Source of the DNA: Patescibacteria group bacterium
GTDB taxonomy: Bacteria > Patescibacteriota > Minisyncoccia > Phycocordibacterales > UBA2100
Reading direction: 5' to 3'
DNA: 64,000 nt
Assembly: GCA_038064535.1 (NCBI GenBank)
Contig: JBBTSX010000005.1
Span: forward strand, 13,051-77,050
Of this stretch, positions 49,023 to 56,338 are shown piece after piece. The position numbers and the translations under genes are program-made. The notes under the pieces are model-generated. The model was not told the DNA's origin, did not search any database, and saw nothing but the letters and a program-made list of their open reading frames with translations. The stretch's first letter is position 1. Each line of letters opens with the position of its first letter.

Positions 49023-49991
49023 TCAGTAGCTTATTGCGGCAACCGTGCGCCCTTGTGCATCGAGGAGGCGGATGATGTCGTGCTGATTATCCCAAAGCTC
49101 GGAAGCGGACGAGAGGTAGATGCGCCACGTGTCGAGCTCAAACGACGACCGCGAGCGCTCGATGTCGACGCAGTTGCTGTAGGTAAATGTGTTCACGAGG
49201 TATGCGCGGCAACCCGGCGTGAGCGAGGAGGGAAGATTGGTCGGGAAACTGCATTGTGGCAGTGAGCGGGCAAAATCCATACAGTCGCTTCCGTACTGGT
49301 GCAAGTTCTCCGCTGTAAGCGGGGCCAGTTCGGAAGATGCGGGGCACGCATTTGCAAGCGAAGGCTCGAACGACTGCACCTGTTCCAAAAATCCCGTACA
49401 GCGGTTCTCGCGGAATGAAACGCCGACGGGCGAGGGACCTGTCACGACGAGCGCGGAGTGTCCCGGAGAGAGCACGACGGGCGAGAGCTGATTCACGACA
49501 CCGATAATAAACGGTGCAGCCGCTCCGGGGATGGGGACGCGTACGCCGCTTACCATGCTCTGTAGCGACCATCCCGTGAGCGGGACGGCCGATATGCCTT
49601 CGCGCGCATCGAGCCCAATGTATTCGTGGGCGGTGCCGCTCTCCGTCGCGTTTGCCTGCGAGAGTGTGACCATGCCGCGATAGGGCGAGGGTACCCCGTA
49701 CGACGTTTGCGCCGTAGCACCGGTAGTCCCGCTTTGTTCGTCCGGCGTTTGGTCGAGCTGGGCATCGCCTGCGTCGGTGAGGCCCGAGATGTCAGGTCCC
49801 TGCGGGATGGCTTGTTGCCACGGCAGATTTATCTGATACGTCGACGTCGCATTGCCCCAGATGATGTCAAGGGGATTCGGAATGGTGCGTACGAAGTTCC
49901 TGACGCTGGTAAATCCGCCGGCCCATAGCCACAGGAGGATGAGCAGAATAACGGCCGAGATGAGTACCCACTTGATGACGGTCCGTATCAT
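49023..49991 (-). CDS. hypothetical membrane-anchored extracellular protein (downstream of murE)
   Basis: Start re-picked at MIRTVIKWVLISAVILLILLWLWAGG, a TM anchor. Confidence 0.5.
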   Translation of the reverse strand: MIRTVIKWVLISAVILLILLWLWAGGFTSVRNFVRTIPNPLDIIWGNATSTYQINLPWQQAIPQGPDISGLTDAGDAQLDQTPDEQSGTTGATAQTSYGVPSPYRGMVTLSQANATESGTAHEYIGLDAREGISAVPLTGWSLQSMVSGVRVPIPGAAAPFIIGVVNQLSPVVLSPGHSALVVTGPSPVGVSFRENRCTGFLEQVQSFEPSLANACPASSELAPLTAENLHQYGSDCMDFARSLPQCSFPTNLPSSLTPGCRAYLVNTFTYSNCVDIERSRSSFELDTWRIYLSSASELWDNQHDIIRLLDAQGRTVAAISY

Positions 49992-49998
49992 ATCCGCA

Positions 49999-51285
49999 TT
50001 ATACCCGCCGGGCGGCGCCCCCCGCGACGAGCCTCTTGAGCTCCTCCTGCGTGACCCTGATGTCGCTCCACGGGATTTTCGCACCGTCCGGCGCGCTGAC
50101 TTCCGTGTCTATTCCCATACCGGTGATGAGCACCGCAACATCTTTGCGGACTGTGTGACTCTGCGCGAGTTCGAGTGCGCGGCGTATTGCGGCGCGTCTG
50201 TCCAAAATAATTTCCGGTTTCGTGCTCATGTCGCGGGCGATGTCGTCGGCGATTTTTTTCGGATTCTCATCATATGCGATGTCGTTCGTCACGATGACTG
50301 TTTCGCAATAGGTCCCGGCAAGCTTCCCGAGCACCGGACGTTTCCACTTGTCGCGTCCCCCGCCGGTGCATCCGAATACGCAGATTTTTTTCGCCGAACC
50401 GAACGTCTTGTACAAAGCCTCGAGTGCTTCCGGCGTGAGCGCGTAGTCCACGATGACCGAAAACTCCTGCCCTGCGTCAATGCGGTCCATACGGCCGGGG
50501 ATTTTTGTTACTCGCGCGATGCCTTTTTGTATCGCGTCCACTCCGATACCGAGTGCGTGAGCCAATTCCGCTGCTGCGAGCGCGTTTTTGATATAAAACT
50601 GACCGCCGAGCTTGACGGACATTTCGGTGCCCTCGAAGGTGAAGGTGCCGCCGCGTTCATCGGCTTTCCACGGCGTCTGTTTGCCCAGAGAAAATGCGCG
50701 CCGTTTTTCCGCGCGGAGTGCGAGATAGCGGGCACCCTGCGAGTCGTCACCGTTTGCGACGATAATACGCGGCCGTTTACCCGACCTCTCCAGTGCACGG
50801 CCGATTTCGAACTTCGCGTCCGCGTAGGCCGCAAATGACCCGTGCGATTCTATATGCTCCGGCGAGAGATTGGTGAACACGAGCGCGTCCAGCTCAATTC
50901 CGCGGTGCCGGTACTGCTTGACTCCCTCCGAGGTCATTTCGACTATTGCTACGGTACAGCCGCTTTGGAGTGCGCGGCGGAAGAATCGTTGGATAAAAAA
51001 CCTGCCGGGCATGGAGCGGCCGGTCGACGGCAGAGAATGAGCGTCGATTTTGACCCGGATGGAATTCGACATGGCCGTCTTGTATCCGGCTGTCTCGAAT
51101 ATCGCGTTGATATATTCGGCGGTCGAGGACTTACCATCCGTTCCGGTGATACCGATGACGGTGAGTTTGCGCGACGGGAATCCGTACACAAGCGCACCGA
51201 GCATCGCGAGGCAGAAGTGATATGCCGAGAGCAGTGGTCGCGGCACAAATCGTCTTACAAATTTCTTGATGCCGGACATGTTCAT
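49999..51285 (-). CDS. murE: Mur ligase, probably UDP-N-acetylmuramoyl-L-alanyl-D-glutamate--2,6-diaminopimelate ligase MurE
   Basis: GITGTDGKSST P-loop and DYALTPEAL (MurE DYAHTP-like) motif. Confidence 0.8.
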   Translation of the reverse strand: MNMSGIKKFVRRFVPRPLLSAYHFCLAMLGALVYGFPSRKLTVIGITGTDGKSSTAEYINAIFETAGYKTAMSNSIRVKIDAHSLPSTGRSMPGRFFIQRFFRRALQSGCTVAIVEMTSEGVKQYRHRGIELDALVFTNLSPEHIESHGSFAAYADAKFEIGRALERSGKRPRIIVANGDDSQGARYLALRAEKRRAFSLGKQTPWKADERGGTFTFEGTEMSVKLGGQFYIKNALAAAELAHALGIGVDAIQKGIARVTKIPGRMDRIDAGQEFSVIVDYALTPEALEALYKTFGSAKKICVFGCTGGGRDKWKRPVLGKLAGTYCETVIVTNDIAYDENPKKIADDIARDMSTKPEIILDRRAAIRRALELAQSHTVRKDVAVLITGMGIDTEVSAPDGAKIPWSDIRVTQEELKRLVAGGAARRV

Positions 51286-51851
51286 TTCCCGAGAAGCTTG
51301 AGCGCGGCACGCAAACGGTCGCTTCCGTTTTCTATATCGTTCGGTACTTTTCGCAGTGCATCGCGTGCCTCTGCGGCGGAGTAACCGAGGCTTCGCATCG
51401 CCTCGAGCGCCTCTTGGTCGCCCTTGAGCGCGGCGGGAGAATCTCCCATTTCCGCTACCACCTTGTCCTTGAGCTCGAGCACGATTTTCTCGGCCGTCTT
51501 TTTGCCGATGCCCGACACGGTAGTGAGGTAGCCGGCATTGCCTGCGGATATTGCACTACGCAGTGTCTCCACCGACGCGATGTCGAGAACGGCGAGCGCG
51601 GATTTAGGGCCGATGCCTGAGACGGTGAGCAGGAGTTCGAAAAAACGCAGTTCTTCTTCGTGCAGGAATCCGTAGAGGTCGAGCGCGTCTTCGCGCACCG
51701 CAAGATAGGTCCACAAAGAAATGTTTGAATCTGTCTTAGTGCGGGCGAGACACTCCTTGAGCACGGCAACTTTGTAGCCGACACCACCCACTGATACGAT
51801 TAAAAAACTTTGTCGCACGGCTATAATCTCACCAGTCAAATGTCCTATCAT
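51282..51851 (-). CDS. ruvA: Holliday junction DNA helicase RuvA
   Basis: MIGHLTGEI... ELLLTVSGIGPKSALAVL HhH motifs. Start re-picked; 4-nt overlap with murE. Confidence 0.85.
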   Translation of the reverse strand: MIGHLTGEIIAVRQSFLIVSVGGVGYKVAVLKECLARTKTDSNISLWTYLAVREDALDLYGFLHEEELRFFELLLTVSGIGPKSALAVLDIASVETLRSAISAGNAGYLTTVSGIGKKTAEKIVLELKDKVVAEMGDSPAALKGDQEALEAMRSLGYSAAEARDALRKVPNDIENGSDRLRAALKLLGK

Positions 51852-52009
51852 CGCTCTATAGTAGCAGTCAGAAGTACCAAGCTCCAAAACCCAAATCACA
51901 AACAATTTTCAAGCTCCAATTTTCAAATGCCTTACACTTTTATATCGTTTGATATTGTTTGGAATCTGGTACTTGATTATTGAGATTTCCGCATGTACTA
52001 TGCGGCCTC

Positions 52010-52276
52010 ATGGCAAATACATCTTCAGCCAAAAAGGCCCACCGCGGCAGCGTACGCAAGTACGTGTTTAATGCACGCCGCAAAAAGGCGATGAAAGACG
52101 CCGTCAAAGAACTCGGTAAACTCATTACCAAAAAGAGCGCGAAAGATGCCACGGCCGCTCTTCCGGAGCTCTACCAGACGATAGACAAGGCCGCCAAGAA
52201 CGGCACCATCAAGAAAAATACCGCGGCCCGCATGAAGTCGCGCCTCACCAAGCGCGCCGCCGCCCTCTCGAAATAG
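52010..52276 (+). CDS. rpsT: 30S ribosomal protein S20
   Basis: MANTSSAKKAHRGSVRKYVFNARRK... typical S20. Start re-picked inside ORF 51980..52276. Confidence 0.85.
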   Translation: MANTSSAKKAHRGSVRKYVFNARRKKAMKDAVKELGKLITKKSAKDATAALPELYQTIDKAAKNGTIKKNTAARMKSRLTKRAAALSK

Positions 52277-52332
52277 TTTCCTGACTGTCAATCGCGGCGG
52301 ACAAACCCCGCGTATGCTAGAATGTCCTTTCT

Positions 52333-53091
52333 ATGCTGAAAGAACTGCAGGACATGGGACTTTCGGAAAAAGAGGCGCGTGTCTACCTCGCCGCTTTGGA
52401 ATTGGGCCAGACGACGGCCGAGAAACTCGCGAAACACGCCAAGGTCAACCGCTCAACGACCTACGTGCAGCTCGAATCGCTCATGAAAATGGGCCTCATG
52501 AGTACGCATGAAGAGGGCAAGAAAACGATGTTCGCTCCCGAATCACCCGAGCTCCTCAAGCGTCTTCTCCTCAAGCAGAGGGACGAGGTCAGCATGAAAG
52601 AGAGCCATCTTGTGGAGCTCTTGCCCGCGCTTTTACAGCAATACGAAGGTGCAGGGGAGCGCCCAGTGGTACGGTTCTTCCCTGGTAAAGAGGGGATTGC
52701 AACGGTGCGTGAGGAGGTTTTGAGTACGAAAGATAAACAACTGTACGTGATAATGTCCTCCGATAATATGTCAAAACTATTCACTGAAAAAGAGCTTGAT
52801 GGGTATACCGCAAGACGAACGGCTCTCAATATAAGTTCGAAGGCCATTTATACGCACCGCGGCTATTTCGACCAGGCCGGAGCCGACGCACTTACCGAGC
52901 ACCGCTTCCTGCCCAATCTCCCGCTCACTATCGATATCCGCATATTCGACGACAAAACTGCGCTTTTCTCGCTGCAGGGTGCACTTTTTGCGATGGTTAT
53001 CGAGAGCAAGCAAATCGCTTCAAGTATGAAAATGATATTCAATCTCCTGTGGAATCAGGGTGAGCGTTCGAAGAAAGACGCGAAAAGATAA
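52333..53091 (+). CDS. TrmB-family transcriptional regulator
   Basis: N-terminal HTH GLSEKEARVYLAALELGQTTAEKLAKHAKVNRSTTYVQLESL. Confidence 0.7.
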   Translation: MLKELQDMGLSEKEARVYLAALELGQTTAEKLAKHAKVNRSTTYVQLESLMKMGLMSTHEEGKKTMFAPESPELLKRLLLKQRDEVSMKESHLVELLPALLQQYEGAGERPVVRFFPGKEGIATVREEVLSTKDKQLYVIMSSDNMSKLFTEKELDGYTARRTALNISSKAIYTHRGYFDQAGADALTEHRFLPNLPLTIDIRIFDDKTALFSLQGALFAMVIESKQIASSMKMIFNLLWNQGERSKKDAKR

Positions 53092-53445
53092 AAAGAATGT
53101 CGGGGACGTGTTACGGCCCCCGACGACGCTTCTCAACTTGCTAGCACCACGTGGCTAGCGGTGGCTCCGCAGAGGAGCCAAAAAGTGACAACGACTTCTG
53201 CAGCTAGTCGCCGCCGAACAGCCACGGTTGCTTCGTTTCCTGTGCCATGATGTCCCCGCCGATGATCGCCGGGACGCACAGGGTGGGAAGCAGCGTGGCG
53301 GTCTGATATTTCATCAGGTCCTCCATTGCCGACTTACGAGCCTGAGAATTTGCGGCAGGCCCTGTATAACCGCATCGAGGACAAGAAAGAACACCTCGAT
53401 ACCAAGAGACTATCATAGTCAAAGTAAATTGACAACTTATGTGTC

Positions 53446-53532
53446 TGTGGATAACGGTATTTGTTATACGATACTGATGTTTCTATATGTCAAATAGGGC
53501 TCTATTTAGAGCCAAAATGGACTTATCCACAC
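53446..53532. promoter_or_regulatory. pair of perfect, inverted DnaA boxes (TGTGGATAA at 53446-53454; TTATCCACA at 53524-53532) in an AT-rich non-coding island
   Basis: Exact consensus 9-mers about 70 bp apart, followed by a perfect 20-bp palindrome CTGTCAACGCGCGTTGACAG at 53538-53557. Confidence 0.5.
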
Positions 53533-53684
53533 AACAACTGTCAACGCGCGTTGACAGAAATACAACTGGGTATAAAGTGCAGATGTCTATGAATAATAAC
53601 AACAAAGCACCGCCGTAGGTTCTAGGTTGTCAGTGTTCAGGGACAGGTCGAAATTACAAGGTTTGTATAGAGAAAAGACGGATT

Positions 53685-53980
53685 ATGACAAAAGATAACG
53701 GGCCGCCGAGCGATGGGAAGGAAGAGGAGGGGAAGGAAGAGGAAAAAGAAAGTGAGAAAGAAGAGTTGGGAGGCAGGGGGGATTAATCAACTAACAGCAT
53801 CAGTATGGAACAAAGTAAGAATCATGGGCCGCCGGAAGGAGAAGCGTGAGGATGAATTATCAACATAACAAGAATCGATATGAAAGGAGGAAGAGGTAAG
53901 CCATCTGGTGACGGAAACGACTAATATGGACACCAGTGGGATACATGGGCCGCCGGACGCCCACGAAGAAAATCGTCCGA
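53685..53980 (+). repeat. about 2.5 degenerate tandem repeats of roughly 120 bp, each containing (A/T)GGGCCGCCG(G)A and a purine-rich tract. In one frame they encode short acidic peptides sharing H/N-G-P-P-(E/D/S).
   Basis: Core copies at about 53697, 53824 and 53945. Tiny ORFs MTKDNGPPSDGKEEE..., MEQSKNHGPPEGEA, MDTSGIHGPPDAHEENRPTPR. Confidence 0.45.
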
Positions 53981-53981
53981 C

Positions 53982-54056
53982 ACCGAGGTAGCTCAACGGG
54001 CAGAGCATCAAGTTCGGAACTTGACCGCGGAGGTTCGATTCCTCCCCTCGGAACCA
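53982..54056 (+). tRNA. tRNA-Pro (anticodon CGG), CCA encoded
   Basis: Cloverleaf by hand: D-arm GCTC/GAGC, anticodon loop TTCGGAA, T-arm GGAGGTTCGATTCCTCC, 3' CCTCGGA-A-CCA. Position 1:72 is an A.A mismatch. Confidence 0.75.
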
Positions 54057-54059
54057 AAA

Positions 54060-54096
54060 ACAGAAAACACCTCTTGGGAGGTGTTTTCTGTTTTTC
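54060..54096 (+). terminator. intrinsic terminator AGAAAACACCTCTTGGGAGGTGTTTTCTGTTTTTCC
   Basis: Perfect hairpin followed by a T-run immediately after tRNA-Pro. Confidence 0.75.
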
Positions 54097-54292
54097 CGCG
54101 AGGGAGCGAGACATCTGCATGTCTCGCGTGGGGATTCGAACGCCGGAGCGATGTGCGGCGAGCTCGCCGCACCGCGCGTCGGTGCCCAGACAAAGCTGCG
54201 CGTCGGCGCGGTTTTAGTCGAGGGAGAATCCTCGCCTGGCTATGCGAAGCACAGTATCCGTGACCGGATCCTCCCCTCGGAACAAAATGTGT

Positions 54293-54883
54293 TCAAGAAA
54301 CTTTTTTAACTATCAAGAGACCAAGCTCCTTTCCGAATTTCGACGACATTGCGCGGTCAAGCATGGCGAGGTCGACAGTAAGACGCTGTTTTCTTGTAGG
54401 TTTTGGGTCTACGAGGACAGCCGTCCGGGATTGCAGGTCGACGGACTCAACAAGAGCGTCATGTATGCGTGCCACAGACTCCTTCCCTGCATGGATTTCG
54501 TGCGAATGATACTCGACCCAGACGTCCTCGTTATATTTGATATGTTCCGCGATGAGATTCGAGAGACCTCGTATCTCGGAGTGCATATGCGCCTCAAGCG
54601 TGAGGCCGATGTTTTTACTTTTGAGCAACGCGTTGATTGTGTCACAAGAATTGACCGTGGAAATTCCCTCGTCGAAGTTGAAACGCGTCATGATAGGCAT
54701 GTCGACGCGGAATGCGTTTACGTCATCAAGACCAATCTTGGCGCCGAGTTGTATTGCCAAGTCCTCTTGGTCGTACAGGCCGAATCCGCCGCGATAGAGA
54801 ACCATCTGCAAACATGCAGCCGCACAACATTTCGGTTTTTGTACCAGCGGAATATACCTGGGATTCAAAGTAATCGCGCTCAT
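54293..54883 (-). CDS. papain-like cysteine peptidase, C39-like (bacteriocin-processing peptidase family-like)
   Basis: QKPKCCAAACLQMVLYRGG resembles the C39 catalytic Cys motif (Q...CGAACL). Lower-GC gene between two tRNAs. The opposite-strand ORF 54242..54949 is judged spurious. Confidence 0.45.
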   Translation of the reverse strand: MSAITLNPRYIPLVQKPKCCAAACLQMVLYRGGFGLYDQEDLAIQLGAKIGLDDVNAFRVDMPIMTRFNFDEGISTVNSCDTINALLKSKNIGLTLEAHMHSEIRGLSNLIAEHIKYNEDVWVEYHSHEIHAGKESVARIHDALVESVDLQSRTAVLVDPKPTRKQRLTVDLAMLDRAMSSKFGKELGLLIVKKVS

Positions 54884-55010
54884 GAAATCGGTGCGCGAAT
54901 CGTAGCATCCTTCAGAAGTGCAGCAATTCATTCCGTCAAAATCTCCTGACGTTTTGAGCAGCTAAAATGCGGCGCTCGTAAAGAGAGAGAATGTATAGTA
55001 TTCTCTCCTT

Positions 55011-55072
55011 GTTTCTCGTTCGCTCCCGTAAGCATAGCTTTCGGAAGCGTCAGTCGGGAGAAATGAAAGCAA
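55011..55072 (+). pseudogene. mini pseudo-tRNA: duplicate of the tRNA-Arg 5' flank and acceptor (CTCGTTCGCTCCCGT) and 3' acceptor and flank (CGGGAGAAATGAAAG), with the tRNA body replaced by about 26 nt
   Basis: 15-nt and about 15-nt direct repeats of the ends of the tRNA at 55095-55166, located 75 bp upstream. Confidence 0.5.
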
Positions 55073-55094
55073 GCTTTCGTTTCGTCCCTCGTTC

Positions 55095-55166
55095 GCTCCC
55101 GTCGTTCAATGGATAGGACGCATCCTTGCGGAGGATGCAATGTAGGTTCGATTCCTACCGGGAGCA
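55095..55166 (+). tRNA. tRNA-Arg-like (anticodon read as GCG)
   Basis: Acceptor GCTCCCG/CGGGAGC, anticodon arm CATCC-TTGCGGA-GGATG, T-arm GTAGGTTCGATTCCTAC. The GCG anticodon is unusual for bacteria. Confidence 0.6.
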
Positions 55167-55249
55167 ATGAAAAGAAAAGGACTTTGCTTTTCATCCGATT
55201 CTGCGAAGCAGAAAACGCCGATGTCGAGCGTAGCGAGACTGGCGTTAGG

Positions 55250-55285
55250 GTGACGCACAAGACCTGCCCTGCGGCAGGTTTTCTG
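55250..55285 (+). terminator. intrinsic terminator ACCTGCCCTGCGGCAGGT + TTTCTGCTTTTGTG
   Basis: Hairpin plus T-rich tail downstream of tRNA-Arg. Same stem family as the terminators at 47688 and 47826. Confidence 0.6.
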
Positions 55286-55506
55286 CTTTTGTGCTGGGCG
55301 GAGCGATGCCGAGCCAACGGGCGAGGCCGCGAGCCGGGGCCTGCGACCGAGCTTTGCGACGGCAAAGCGAGAGTCGTGGGCCACTGTGTGCTGGGCGGAG
55401 CGTTGTGAGGCAAGCGTGCCGAACCGTGATCCGAGGTCGGGGAATTTTGATTGCGACGGCAATCAAAATATCCGTGACCACAAACAGCTACAGAGAAGAA
55501 TACTTA

Positions 55507-55540
55507 ATAACAAACTTGTCCGACCGGACGAGTTTGTTAT
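55507..55540. repeat. 34-bp palindromic repeat ATAACAAACTTGTCCGACCGGACGAGTTTGTTAT, left copy flanking the PaaX-like gene
   Basis: Near-identical copy at 56150-56183 (one mismatch). Confidence 0.8.
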
Positions 55541-55554
55541 GTTACGATGGGCCC

Positions 55555-56145
55555 ATGGGCATTGAGAAGCGGGTGGCCGTGCGCGCTCGCAGGGGCGAGA
55601 TCAAAAATGCCGTTCTTCAAGTTGCAGCTCTCGCTGGGTTACTTTCTATTGCTTTTGTCGCCCCCAATGTGCCAAAAGTTATTCCACGAAGCCTGCTTAA
55701 TAAGGTGTTTGGTCGCTCGCGGAGTGCAAGAGACGTGACCGTGAGTCGTTTGCTGAAGGATGGATTGCTTGCGGTGGAAATGCGCGATGGTACGCGGATG
55801 TTACGCATAACCGAGAAAGGGAAGCGATATCTCGCAAAAACAAAGTTACGCGCCGCGAATGTGCCGCGGCGGTGGGACCGTCGATGGCGCGTTGTCATAT
55901 TCGACATCAAGGAGCATAGGCGGCATGTTCGTAGGAATTTAAGAAGTGAGCTTCAGGCGTATGGATTCTACCGATTGCAGGACAGCGTATGGGTGTTCCC
56001 ATATGCGTGTGAGGATTTTATCGCGCTTCTCAAGGCCGACCTACATGTCGGAAAGGATATTTTGTATCTTGTGGCCGAGGAGGTCGAAAACGAGCGTCAT
56101 TTGAGAGATTATTTTGGCATAGGAACTGGCGGCCGCTCTGCATGA
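55555..56145 (+). CDS. PaaX-family-like transcriptional regulator
   Basis: C-terminal WDRRWRVVIFDIKEHRRHVRRNLRSELQAYGFYRLQDSVWVFP resembles the PaaX_C fold. Start re-picked at MGIEKR inside ORF 55291..56145. Confidence 0.55.
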   Translation: MGIEKRVAVRARRGEIKNAVLQVAALAGLLSIAFVAPNVPKVIPRSLLNKVFGRSRSARDVTVSRLLKDGLLAVEMRDGTRMLRITEKGKRYLAKTKLRAANVPRRWDRRWRVVIFDIKEHRRHVRRNLRSELQAYGFYRLQDSVWVFPYACEDFIALLKADLHVGKDILYLVAEEVENERHLRDYFGIGTGGRSA

Positions 56146-56149
56146 GGAA

Positions 56150-56183
56150 ATAACAAACTTGTCCGACCGGACAAGTTTGTTAT
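56150..56183. repeat. 34-bp palindromic repeat ATAACAAACTTGTCCGACCGGACAAGTTTGTTAT, right copy
   Basis: Perfect 14-bp arms; direct repeat of 55507-55540. Confidence 0.8.
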
Positions 56184-56338
56184 AAGGGTACGGGTGACGG
56201 TGAGAGATGGTTAGAGGTTGGGAATGTGTTCGGAGTTGGCGGCGCGGTGTGGCAGGGGTGGAAAGCGGGTAAGTTGGAATTGTCGAGGCTCAAAGAGTCC
56301 GTTTTTCCACATTTCGCGCAGTTATTCGCATTGCACAG

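Noticed and set aside
53204-53422. 72-aa minus-strand ORF (…IIGGDIMAQETKQPWLFGGD) as a possible double-glycine precursor peptide for the C39-like peptidase
   Set aside because: Too speculative: no clear leader/core organisation, it is separated from the peptidase by tRNA-Pro and the repeat island, and no transporter partner is present.
54100-54260. Possible additional tRNA or ncRNA in the GC-rich stretch after the tRNA-Pro terminator
   Set aside because: I could not fold a cloverleaf or recognise a conserved RNA motif; left unannotated.
54242-54949. 235-aa plus-strand ORF overlapping the C39-like gene
   Set aside because: The region has lower GC, so both strands are open. Only the minus-strand frame has a recognisable Cys-peptidase motif.
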